64,000 nt of DNA from Candidatus Hydrogenedentota bacterium (lineage in GTDB: Bacteria > Hydrogenedentota > Hydrogenedentia > Hydrogenedentales > CAITNO01), in assembly GCA_903893795.1 (NCBI GenBank), contig CAITNO010000156.1:4557-68556 (forward strand), written 5' to 3'. Numbering within the stretch: the first letter of the stretch is position 1; each line of letters begins with the position of its first letter. The notes below the pieces were generated by a model. That model searched no databases and was not told the origin of the DNA. It saw nothing but the letters and a program-made list of their open reading frames with translations. Position numbers and translations under genes: made by a program. Below are positions 40,201 to 48,292 of the stretch, piece by piece.

Positions 40201-40858
40201 CGCAGGCGCCACCACCGCTCTCGGTCTCGCCGCGCAGCACAACCCGGACTGCATTCTTGTGGACACGGAGGCGGGTGCGCTGGGCAGTTTGGTCGTGGAG
40301 GAGATTGTTGATGCGCCGGGCCTCTCTGCCCCCGTGGTGCTGCTGACCAGCGACGATGAATTGTATGAGCGCTTTGAGCACCGCGTCGCTGGAAGAATCC
40401 GGCGCAACTTCCGCAAGAGCACCCTGCTTAGCGGTCTCCACTCCGCCATCAACCGAAGCATTCCCGCCGGACAGCAGTTGGGCAACCGGGTCCTGTGTGT
40501 CGATGACGACCCGGAGATACGTGAATTCATTTCGCGGTGCCTGGAGACGGAAGGTTTTGAGGCGACCCTTTGCGAGAATGGCGAGGCTGCGCTGGAGCAG
40601 GCCGCCACTGGTGGATTCTGGATGGCGCTGATAGATATTGCCATGCCCGGTATTGACGGTTGGGAAACGTGCAGGCGCCTGAAGACCGACCCAGGGCTGG
40701 AAGGGATAAGCGCCTACATCATCACGGCCAAACCCATAGACACACTCTCGCCGGAGTTTCGCAATTCCGGAGCCGATGGATATTTATTGAAACCTTTCAA
40801 AGGCGAGGACCTCATCGCCGTGGTGCGCGCTTTCGATGCGCAGCGCCGCAAGGCATAG
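37241..40858 (+). CDS. Hybrid sensor histidine kinase (1205 aa): TM, sensor, TM, HAMP, PAS, GAF, HisKA, HATPase, degenerate receiver, receiver
   Basis: H-box 'SHELRTPL'. G-boxes 'DTGIGIP...GGTGIGLAI'. C-terminal receiver 'VLCVDDDPEIRE...LIDIAMPGIDG'. Confidence 0.85.
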   Translation: MTKKPSRGSIERRFVVSILWVGVIPMVLAMIIGYLAAREAQQAANLQDLSTAARKTADAIRLALEERELQAVRITQFPEVISYLVQQQKNPATSGEALMATFRREARASGERQSIYAIYDAAGNLLLSTNPDDPFARTSLEDVSQITGPNFIDFRYLPMEKRYAAVLVAPVKSDQGETLGFVTETQGVRDLLIFILGDRRADKDLQTTNDYYEIIIYGQRNKWSVYLDESSDQELPPPHYAPIDPKIESRLKRFPERELDSLFIWNYLSRGGRTPVLIAYHRLMPSAPIYIAVHRQTPQVFSKINLAAVVTLIVSGLIIAVFCVVAYRSVNNTIIRPLALLNEGAQIIRQGDLDLKLRIGTGDEIEELAASFNQMAAALRSNLNQLRDSEEKYRSLVTSMRDGLFQTDSMGVITFINPSGAEILGYPDFNDVLGKPVSQLFMRAEDFERVARSAPESLAIESTRVWLVRPDESTICVDMSGNRHFDVKGALVGVEGTFRDVTRNVRLEVDAAERAERINVINQIANVVNSSLEAGRVYENIGVELRKLIAFDYAGVSLWLEGVGHFESRQLWPEPREGREQFPRLDGSGSCAAWVAAEERCLLIEDLGAASSLFAFQFPERIHSILCVPLYASARIIGTLNLGAEQTGFFNQHDMEVLEQLAPHLAAALRNAQLLDNLKLSLEEVTRAREKLHEVNEELKSLDEMKTNLLSNVSHELRTPLVAVMGYTDMVVNGKAGPVTEKQRNYLSISLRNVEKLVTLIENLLDFSRLYRGAEELLFTRFDLLDCIRMSVESVKPVADSKGIVLAVKARNDRGDPLKPPVLVEGDKGKLGQVFNNLLSNAVKFNDAAGSVTITVDVRMNTAHIAVTDTGIGIPEEALDKVFSRFYQVDSSSTRKYGGTGIGLAIAQDIVRLHGSRIIVSSRQGEGSTFQFSLSLSGSGGQGSGDEMELAPPIETHLLVEVVTQDRSLATQLRNLLLADGMDLIHAAGATTALGLAAQHNPDCILVDTEAGALGSLVVEEIVDAPGLSAPVVLLTSDDELYERFEHRVAGRIRRNFRKSTLLSGLHSAINRSIPAGQQLGNRVLCVDDDPEIREFISRCLETEGFEATLCENGEAALEQAATGGFWMALIDIAMPGIDGWETCRRLKTDPGLEGISAYIITAKPIDTLSPEFRNSGADGYLLKPFKGEDLIAVVRAFDAQRRKA

Positions 40859-40876
40859 GGGCGACGGCAGTACAAC

Positions 40877-42724
40877 ATGAAGAATGAAACCCGCCACGCC
40901 CCTCCTGAGACGTCCTGGCCGCCTGCAGAGCCCGGCAAGCCCTTTCTCACGCTGTTGCGCTTTAACCGCCGCTATCTTCGCGCCTACCTGACCGGCGCTG
41001 CGCTTGCCGTTGTCTTTGTGGTGATCAGCCTGCTTATGCCATTAATCATACGCGCCACCGTGCAGGGATTGAGTACCGGCGCGCTCGGCACGGACCGGCT
41101 TTGGGAGTTCTTCTGGGTCCTGCTTGCCACTTCAATTGCAGCCGGTGTGGCACGGTATTTCCAGCGCACCCTCATGATCGGGGCGTCGCGCCACTTTGAG
41201 TACGACCTCCGAAACGCCTATTTCCGGCACCTCCAGCGCTTGTCGGCCTCTTTCTTCCAGCGCATGCCCACGGGGGACCTCATGGCGCGTGCGACCAGCG
41301 ACATGAATCAGATACGTGATTTTGTCGGCCCCGGCGTCATGGGAACGGTCGACATGATTCGTCTGCCCTTTACCCTGGGCATGATGTTTTATCTGAGTGT
41401 TCGGCTCACGCTATATTCGCTGCTTCCCCTGCCCGCCCTGACCATACTGGTCTACCTCTTTGTCCGGTTCATGAACAGACAGTCCAAGATTGTCCAGGAA
41501 ATCTATGCCGAGCTTTCCACCCGGGTTCAGGAGAATCTTGCCGGAGCGCGGGTCGTCAAAGCCTTCGGCATCGAGGACCGCGAAACCGATCGATTCCGCG
41601 AAAAAACGCTTGAATACATGAAGGCAAATGTAAAGCTGGCCGTGGTCACTTCCTTCGCCTGGCCGCTCATAGACATGCTGATTGGCGTGGCTGTGCTGAT
41701 GGTGATTTGGCAGGGCGGGAAGCTGGTCATAGAAAACCACCTCACCCTGGGCGACCTGTCCGCGTTTCTCATTACCATGGTCATGCTTGCCTGGCCGCTC
41801 ATTCAATTCGGCTGGGTGCTGACCCTGTATCAACGCGGCGCCGTCAGCATGAACCGTATCAGCGCCATTCTGAATGAAGTGCCTGAGATTTCCGATGACC
41901 AACGCACCGTGATGAACGCACGCATCACGGTCGGCAGAATACAGTTCGAGGGGGTGTCTTTTCGCTACCCGTCTCCGCCCGAGTCTGCAGCACAGGCGGC
42001 CTTGCCGACGACCCACCAGCGTCCTTGGGCGGTGGAGGAAGTCAGCTTTGAGGTTCCCGCGGGTACCACTCTGGCCATCGTGGGGCCGACAGGTTCAGGA
42101 AAGTCCACGCTGCTTTCCCTGCTGTGCCGGGAATTTGAGCCGGTATCAGGCCACATTCTTATTGACGGGCAGGCCTTGGAGGTGTTTCCCCTGCACACAC
42201 TGCGCCACGCCTTGGGTTGCGTTCCCCAGGATGTCTTTATCTTCTCCGAAAGCATTCGTGAAAACATCCGTCTTGGACGCCCGGCGATTCCCGACGGGGA
42301 GATTCTGGATGCTGCACGGGTCGCCGGTTTTCTGGGCGACCTGCAGGAGATGCCCCAGCAACTGGATACCCTGCTCGGCGAACGGGGAGTGAACCTCTCG
42401 GGTGGTCAGAAGCAGCGCCTTGCCCTTGCGCGTGCGTTGGTCTGCAATCCGGCTATCCTGCTGCTTGATGATACCCTGTCCAGCGTGGACACGCGCACGG
42501 AGGAACTTATCCTTCGCGAGCTTCGAGGGTATATGGAGGGGCGCACGAGCATCATCGTATCCCACCGCATTTCGTCCATTCGTCATGCCCACAAGATTAT
42601 TGTGCTTGCCGACGGGCAGATAGTCGAGAGCGGCAATCATGATGAGCTGGTTGAACTGGACGGCCTTTACGCCCGTCTGCACCAGCGGCAACTGCTTGAA
42701 ACGCACCTGGAAGAGGACTCATGA
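40877..42724 (+). CDS. ABC exporter subunit (TMD-NBD) with a degenerate ATPase site
   Basis: Walker A 'GPTGSGKST', signature 'LSGGQKQRLALARAL'. The Walker B region 'LLLDDTLSSVD' has Asp where the catalytic Glu normally sits. Confidence 0.8.
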   Translation: MKNETRHAPPETSWPPAEPGKPFLTLLRFNRRYLRAYLTGAALAVVFVVISLLMPLIIRATVQGLSTGALGTDRLWEFFWVLLATSIAAGVARYFQRTLMIGASRHFEYDLRNAYFRHLQRLSASFFQRMPTGDLMARATSDMNQIRDFVGPGVMGTVDMIRLPFTLGMMFYLSVRLTLYSLLPLPALTILVYLFVRFMNRQSKIVQEIYAELSTRVQENLAGARVVKAFGIEDRETDRFREKTLEYMKANVKLAVVTSFAWPLIDMLIGVAVLMVIWQGGKLVIENHLTLGDLSAFLITMVMLAWPLIQFGWVLTLYQRGAVSMNRISAILNEVPEISDDQRTVMNARITVGRIQFEGVSFRYPSPPESAAQAALPTTHQRPWAVEEVSFEVPAGTTLAIVGPTGSGKSTLLSLLCREFEPVSGHILIDGQALEVFPLHTLRHALGCVPQDVFIFSESIRENIRLGRPAIPDGEILDAARVAGFLGDLQEMPQQLDTLLGERGVNLSGGQKQRLALARALVCNPAILLLDDTLSSVDTRTEELILRELRGYMEGRTSIIVSHRISSIRHAHKIIVLADGQIVESGNHDELVELDGLYARLHQRQLLETHLEEDS

Positions 42725-44595
42725 GCGAAGGCTACCACATGCAGGACGAGCTTCAGGAGCGCGCCTATGATGCCCACCTGATGCGCCGTCTCCTGGGCTA
42801 TATCCGCCCCTATCGCGGTTGGATAATCCTGGCAACTGTCCTACTGCTGGTGCTCTCCGTGCTGGGCAATCTCGCGCCGGTGCTGCTCATGCACTCCGTG
42901 GACGCCTATATCAACGATGCCACACGCTTGGCCGCCCCTGAAGACATGGTGGCTGCTGCGGCGGAGCGCGACCTGTCGGGGCTCTATCGCATGGTGCTTG
43001 CCATTGCGGCTGTGGTGGCCCTCCAGGGACTGTTGCGTTACGTTCAGGTGCTGGTCGTGTCGGTTGTGGGCCAACGGACCATGTTTGAAATGCGGCTAGG
43101 GCTCTTTGACCATCTGCAGCACCTGTCGCTCGGTTTCCTCGACCGCAATCCCGCGGGACGCCTGCTCTCCAGGGTGACTAACGACATTGAAAAGGTTCAG
43201 CAGACGATTGTGGAGGGTGTGGTGGCCGTCATAAGCGATTTCATGACACTTCTGGTGGTGCTTGTGGTCATGTTTTCCATCAACCCCATATTGGCCTGCG
43301 TTGCCTTGAGTCCCGTGCCCTTGGTTGTGCTTACCAGTGTTCTCTTCCGCAAGTACGCGCAGCATTCCTTCTTGGAGGTGCGGCGAAAGATAGCCCACAT
43401 TAACTCTTGGATGCAGGAAAACGTCAGCGGCATGCGCGTGGTGCGGCTCTTCAACCGTGAGGATGTCAACTACGCCGAGTATGTCGCACGCAACGCCGAC
43501 CATCGCGACGAGTGGGTCCGTCAGGTGCGAAATTTCGCCCTCTATTTTCCCGCTGTGGAATTCCTGGGTTCCCTGGCCACGGCGCTGGTCATACTCTATT
43601 GCGGCATGGTGATGCTCAAGACGGGCGAGGCGACATCCGGCCAGGGGTCGGTCGGCACCATCTTTGCATTTGTCTTTCTTGCAGAGCGCTTCTTTGGGCC
43701 GATCCGTGCACTGGCAGACCGGTACAATCTGATTCTCGAGGCGATGGCTTCTTCTGAACGGGTCTTTGCGCTGCAGGATACCCCGCCCGATGTCTGTAAC
43801 GGCCCCGCGCCGGTTTCCTGTGCGCGGCTGAAAGGCGCCGTGGCGCTGGAGCATGTCTGGTTTGCCTATCCCAGCGCGGCAGAACTGCAGGGCGAACCTC
43901 GATGGGTGCTCAAAAACATCACCTTGGACATTGCTCCGGGCGAGCGTGTGGCCATTGTGGGCCATACCGGTGCGGGAAAAAGCACGCTCATTCACCTGCT
44001 AAGCCGTTTCTATGACATCCAGCGCGGACATCTGCGCATTGACGGTGTGGATGTCCGCGATTATGACCTGATTCCCATGCGTCGCAACATCGGGGTGGTG
44101 CTGCAGGACGTGTTTCTCTTCTCCGGCACCATCGAAGAAAACATCCGCCTCGGCAATCCCGAGATATCTCAGGAAAAGGTCGAGGCCTGCGCGCGTCATG
44201 TGAACGCAGCCCGTTTCATAGAGAGACTTCCGGGTGGCTACGGATACCACGTCGGGGAGCGGGGCTGCAACCTGTCCACCGGACAGCGGCAGCTTGTCGC
44301 GTTCGCCCGCACCCTGGCACACGACCCCAGGATACTCGTTCTGGACGAGGCCACCGCCAATATCGACACCGAAACGGAGAATCTGATCCAAGACGCCATC
44401 GCGAAGCTGCTCGAAGGCCGGACAAGTATCGTTATCGCCCACCGACTGTCCACGGTTCAGCATGCTGACCGGATTGTCGTGTTCCACCATGGAGAAATTC
44501 GCGAGTCGGGAACGCACCAGGAATTGCTGGCTCATAATGGTTTATACCGAACCCTTTACGAATTGCAGTACAAAGACCAGACAGGATCGGACTGA
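42721..44595 (+). CDS. ABC exporter subunit (TMD-NBD) with a canonical ATPase site
   Basis: Walker A 'GHTGAGKST', signature 'LSTGQRQLVAFARTL', Walker B 'LVLDEATANID'. ATGA-coupled to the upstream subunit. Confidence 0.85.
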   Translation: MSEGYHMQDELQERAYDAHLMRRLLGYIRPYRGWIILATVLLLVLSVLGNLAPVLLMHSVDAYINDATRLAAPEDMVAAAAERDLSGLYRMVLAIAAVVALQGLLRYVQVLVVSVVGQRTMFEMRLGLFDHLQHLSLGFLDRNPAGRLLSRVTNDIEKVQQTIVEGVVAVISDFMTLLVVLVVMFSINPILACVALSPVPLVVLTSVLFRKYAQHSFLEVRRKIAHINSWMQENVSGMRVVRLFNREDVNYAEYVARNADHRDEWVRQVRNFALYFPAVEFLGSLATALVILYCGMVMLKTGEATSGQGSVGTIFAFVFLAERFFGPIRALADRYNLILEAMASSERVFALQDTPPDVCNGPAPVSCARLKGAVALEHVWFAYPSAAELQGEPRWVLKNITLDIAPGERVAIVGHTGAGKSTLIHLLSRFYDIQRGHLRIDGVDVRDYDLIPMRRNIGVVLQDVFLFSGTIEENIRLGNPEISQEKVEACARHVNAARFIERLPGGYGYHVGERGCNLSTGQRQLVAFARTLAHDPRILVLDEATANIDTETENLIQDAIAKLLEGRTSIVIAHRLSTVQHADRIVVFHHGEIRESGTHQELLAHNGLYRTLYELQYKDQTGSD

Positions 44596-44616
44596 AGGCC
44601 GAAGGCTGGAGAGTGG

Positions 44617-44648
44617 GGCAGACATTCCTGTCTGCCTGTGGTTTTGTC
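44617..44648 (+). terminator. Rho-independent terminator
   Basis: An 8-bp stem (ggcagaca / tgtctgcc) with loop ttcc, followed by tgtggttttgtc. Confidence 0.6.
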
Positions 44649-44718
44649 AACCGGTCAGTGGCCGAAGTCAAGCTTCTGACAGTGTGCAATAGCCGCTAAC
44701 CGATGGGGGTGCAAATGA

Positions 44719-45954
44719 CTATTGGGCTGGAGGCCCGGGCGCAGGAGCGGCCGGGACAGGAGCGGGAACGGGCTGCGGCTCCGGTGTTGGACTTGCCGGA
44801 GGGGCAGGCGCCGGGGCTGGGGTTGGAACCGCAGGCGACGCTTGGGGCGCGGCCGTGGTTTCGACGTTCAAACCGGGATTGAGGCTCCATTCCGCCATGG
44901 ACCCGTCATAAAGCGACATGTTTTCGTTACCCAGGAGACGGTATCCGAAGTAGCAGGTCGCTGCACCCACACCGGAATTGCAATAGGTGACAATGCGTTT
45001 GGGCGCTTTATCACCGGCAATCTTGAGGGATTCCGCGATGGCTGCGGGGGCTTTGAAGAGAAAGAAATCCCCTTCGAGCAACTGGTCTGTCGGGCGGCTG
45101 ATGGCGCCGGGAATATGGCCTGCGCGGGAAACATAGGCGGCTTTTTCCGTGCCTTCAAAGTACGCGGCAGACCGTGTGTCCACCAGTGCACCACCGGGGA
45201 AACGGAGCAGTTCGAGGACTTGGTCGGTGGTGGCGATCACCTCCGGACGCACTCTAACCTTGATTTGCTCGACTGGAACTGCCGAGGGAGCGCCTTGACC
45301 AGTCTCAACAGGCCTGCCTTCGGCTGCCCATTTCTTTAATCCGCCGTCAAGCACATGGATACGGGGGAAGCTGAGGTAGTCCAGTACCCAAAATAGCCTT
45401 GCGGCTTCGGCGATATCGAAGGGTTTTGTGTTTCCACCGCAGGCAACGATGCTTTTGCCGGGAACGATGCCCCTCTCAGCAAGCTGCGCCAGAACCTGGT
45501 CGATGGGTTTCAGGCGGTTCACAACGCCGTCCCGCTCTTCTGAAAGGAGCTTGACGGGCATGTTAACGGCGCCGGGTATATGGCCCTGGACAAAAAGTTC
45601 GGATTCGCGCACATCCACCAGGAGGCCATCGGGAACTTTCGCCAATTGGTCAGTGCTGACAAGGAGTCCGATGGGGCGTTCCGGTTCAGCCGCCGGTGCC
45701 GGCGCAGGTGCGGGCGCAGGTGCCGGGGCTTCAGCAGGCGCAGGGACTGCAACAGGCGCCGGGGCGGGAGCGGGCTCAGCCACCACAGGAACGGCCGGTT
45801 TCTCTGCCGGGGGCGGTGCGGGTGTGGGTTCTGCGGGCGCTGGGGGGGCGGCAACCGCCGGAGCCGCGGCTGGAGGAACTGCTGGCGGAGCTTCTTGAGC
45901 CAGGACAAAACCTGCCAATAACAACCCAATTGTCACCATCACCGTGAGTCTCAT
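44719..45954 (-). CDS. Secreted tandem-rhodanese sulfurtransferase with Pro/Ala-rich extensions
   Basis: Signal peptide. Two rhodanese domains. Active-site loop 'CNSGVGAATC'. PA-rich N- and C-terminal low-complexity regions. Confidence 0.75.
   Translation of the reverse strand: MRLTVMVTIGLLLAGFVLAQEAPPAVPPAAAPAVAAPPAPAEPTPAPPPAEKPAVPVVAEPAPAPAPVAVPAPAEAPAPAPAPAPAPAAEPERPIGLLVSTDQLAKVPDGLLVDVRESELFVQGHIPGAVNMPVKLLSEERDGVVNRLKPIDQVLAQLAERGIVPGKSIVACGGNTKPFDIAEAARLFWVLDYLSFPRIHVLDGGLKKWAAEGRPVETGQGAPSAVPVEQIKVRVRPEVIATTDQVLELLRFPGGALVDTRSAAYFEGTEKAAYVSRAGHIPGAISRPTDQLLEGDFFLFKAPAAIAESLKIAGDKAPKRIVTYCNSGVGAATCYFGYRLLGNENMSLYDGSMAEWSLNPGLNVETTAAPQASPAVPTPAPAPAPPASPTPEPQPVPAPVPAAPAPGPPAQ
45669..45897 (-). 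repeat. Low-complexity GC-rich coding repeat (PAPAPAP linker) within the rhodanese gene
   Basis: Reiterated gcgccggngcngg units encoding '(P/A/E/V)n'. Confidence 0.6.
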
Positions 45955-46152
45955 GAAATCAATGTCTCCCGACAGTTAGTCCCGCATATCATGCCATATT
46001 CCCGGCAGTGGTTGCATTAGATTTATTTCTGCTCTGGCAGCATGCGTAAATCTTGGGCAAATTCACTATCCAAGCTCTCTGCAGGCGTTCACTCCTATCG
46101 TTTCGCTTCGCCTACCCCGCCTTAAGTTATACTTCCGGCTGGAGATTCTGCC

Positions 46153-47100
46153 ATGGAAAAAGGTTTGTTTTTACAAAACGTCATTGCCATCATCTGGGAC
46201 TTTGACAAAACGCTTTCGCCGCAGTATATGCAGACACCGCTCTTCGAGGAGTACGGTCTGGACCAGAAGGCTTTCTGGACTGAGGTCAATGCGCTGCCGG
46301 GATGGTACGCTCAGGCGGGTATCACCGTTCAGCCAGACACCTGCTATCTCGGCCATCTGCTCACGTATGTGCGGGAGGGCCGCATGCCTGGGTTGAACAA
46401 TGCCAAGCTGCGCGAATTGGGGGGGCGCATCCCGCTCTTTCCTGGCATTTCCGGGCTCTTTGATCGGCTTGAGGCCACGATACAGGCTCCCCCTTTCCTG
46501 GAAGGCGACCTGCGCTTGGAGCACTACGTGGTGAGCACCGGTTTGGCTGAAATGGTCCGGGGTTCTTCCATTTCAAAACGGCTGAGTGGTATTTGGGGTT
46601 CCGAGTTCATTGAAACGCCGGCTACCCCAGGCTTTGACCCGAACTCGACCCCGCTGACTGGTGAGATTAGCCAGATTGCCGCCATACTGGACAACACCAC
46701 AAAGACCAGGGCGATTTTTGAGATCAACAAAGGGGTAAACAGGCACAAGGGCATTTCTGTCAACGACATGATTCCTGAGGAAGAGCGGCGCGTGCCGGTC
46801 CGTAACATGATTTACGTGGCCGACGGTCCCAGCGATATCCCCAGCTTCTCCGTCATCCGCAAACACGGGGGCCTGGCCTATGCCGTCTATGACCCGGCTT
46901 CGCCCGCCCAGTTTGGGCAGGTGGTTGACCTCGCGGAATCGGCGCGGGTGGACGCCTATGGGCCGGCGGACTATGCTGAGGGCGGTCAGACGGACCGTTG
47001 GCTCCGCTTGCAGGTGGAGCGCATGGCCCTGCGCATCATGGAGGAGCGGCGGCGCAACCTTGCCCGCCGGGTGGGGTCAGGGCCGAAGCATCTTGAGTGA
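46153..47100 (+). CDS. HAD-like hydrolase-fold protein
   Basis: 'IIWDFDKTL' matches HAD motif I. 'YVADGPSDIPSF' is a motif-IV-like region. Confidence 0.5.
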   Translation: MEKGLFLQNVIAIIWDFDKTLSPQYMQTPLFEEYGLDQKAFWTEVNALPGWYAQAGITVQPDTCYLGHLLTYVREGRMPGLNNAKLRELGGRIPLFPGISGLFDRLEATIQAPPFLEGDLRLEHYVVSTGLAEMVRGSSISKRLSGIWGSEFIETPATPGFDPNSTPLTGEISQIAAILDNTTKTRAIFEINKGVNRHKGISVNDMIPEEERRVPVRNMIYVADGPSDIPSFSVIRKHGGLAYAVYDPASPAQFGQVVDLAESARVDAYGPADYAEGGQTDRWLRLQVERMALRIMEERRRNLARRVGSGPKHLE

Positions 47101-48198
47101 ACCGGCGGGCGGGTCGCGCCGGGTCCAGTATCCCCCTATGACGGTTTGGCATGCAGGACATGTCCCGTTCTGGATGAGATTTGTCCGCACCTGAAACCCG
47201 ATGCGCTCGACCAAAACCGTCCCGCATCCGGCGCAGATGGTGTCCTCCAGCGTGCCCACCTTGCCGGGGAGGTTCCCGGCATACACATGATGCAGTCCGG
47301 CATCGCGTCCAATGTGCCAGGCGCGCCGAAGATCTTCCGGGCTCGTGCTGCGCTGGTTCGCCATCCTGTATTGCGGATGAAACGCGGTGACATGCCACGG
47401 CAGATGGGGAGAGACGGTGGCCAAAAAGTGAGCCAGTTCCCGCAGTTCGGCCTCGTCATCGTTAAAGCCCGGAATGAGGAGCGTGACCACTTCCACCCAA
47501 TATCCCAAGTCCACCAATTGCCGGATGGACTCAAGAACCGTTGCAAGCCGGCAGCCGAGTGTCCGGTAGGTCGCGTCGTTGAAACACTTGAGGTCCACCT
47601 TGAACAAGTCGGTAACCGGGCGAAGGTACTCCAACACCTCGGCAGTGGCAAAACCGTTGCTGACGAATCCGCACAGCAAGCCGTGCTTTTTGGCCAAGGA
47701 AAAAATTGTGTGCGCCCAGTCCGCTGTAATCAGGGGTTCATTGTAGGTGCTGACAAGGGCATCCACGCCGTGACGGACCGCATCGGTGACCAGTGTGTCC
47801 GCATCGCAGGGCGTGGGCAATGCACTGGAAGCCGCGTCACGCAGGGTTTGACTGGAATACCAGTTCTGGCAGAAAGAACAGTGAAGGTTGCACCCAAGCA
47901 TGCCGAAGGAGAGGGTGTTGCTTCCGGGCACGGCGTGGTAAAAGGGCTTCTTTTCGATGGGGTCAATCTGCAGCCCCGAAACGTATCCCCAAGGCACACG
48001 CAGGACGCCTCTTTCGTTGAACCTCACCTGACAAATGCCCCGTCTGTCCGGCAGAATAAGACAGCGGTTTCCACAGGCCAGGCAGCGCACCGCGCGGTCA
48101 GGGGCCTGGACTGCCAAGGCTTCGGCCGCAGGTGCCGAACTGCGCACCAGTAGCTCGGCAAGTTGAGAGCATCGTTTGTTGTTTTGTCGATCAGCCAT
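47077..48198 (-). CDS. AmmeMemoRadiSam-system-type radical SAM enzyme
   Basis: 'DPIEKKPFYHAVPGS...GCNLHCSFCQNW' CxxxCxxC cluster, preceded by N-terminal 'CLACGNRC...ICQVR'. Start ambiguous (48198, 48216 or 48294). Confidence 0.7.
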   Translation of the reverse strand: MADRQNNKRCSQLAELLVRSSAPAAEALAVQAPDRAVRCLACGNRCLILPDRRGICQVRFNERGVLRVPWGYVSGLQIDPIEKKPFYHAVPGSNTLSFGMLGCNLHCSFCQNWYSSQTLRDAASSALPTPCDADTLVTDAVRHGVDALVSTYNEPLITADWAHTIFSLAKKHGLLCGFVSNGFATAEVLEYLRPVTDLFKVDLKCFNDATYRTLGCRLATVLESIRQLVDLGYWVEVVTLLIPGFNDDEAELRELAHFLATVSPHLPWHVTAFHPQYRMANQRSTSPEDLRRAWHIGRDAGLHHVYAGNLPGKVGTLEDTICAGCGTVLVERIGFQVRTNLIQNGTCPACQTVIGGYWTRRDPPAGSLKMLRP

Positions 48199-48292
48199 CG
48201 AAGGATTCCCGCTCATGTCTCTGTGACCTGATTGTAGCATGCGCCCGGTGCCCGTATTGCGTTGCGGACCGGTCAAGCGGTAGCATAATTGC

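Noticed and set aside
42146-43995. Minus-strand ORFs (186 aa and 299 aa) within the ABC exporter genes
   Set aside because: Antisense shadows of genes with Walker and signature motifs.
47146-48153. 335-aa plus-strand ORF over the radical SAM gene
   Set aside because: Antisense to a gene with a CxxxCxxC radical SAM cluster and the family-typical N-terminus.
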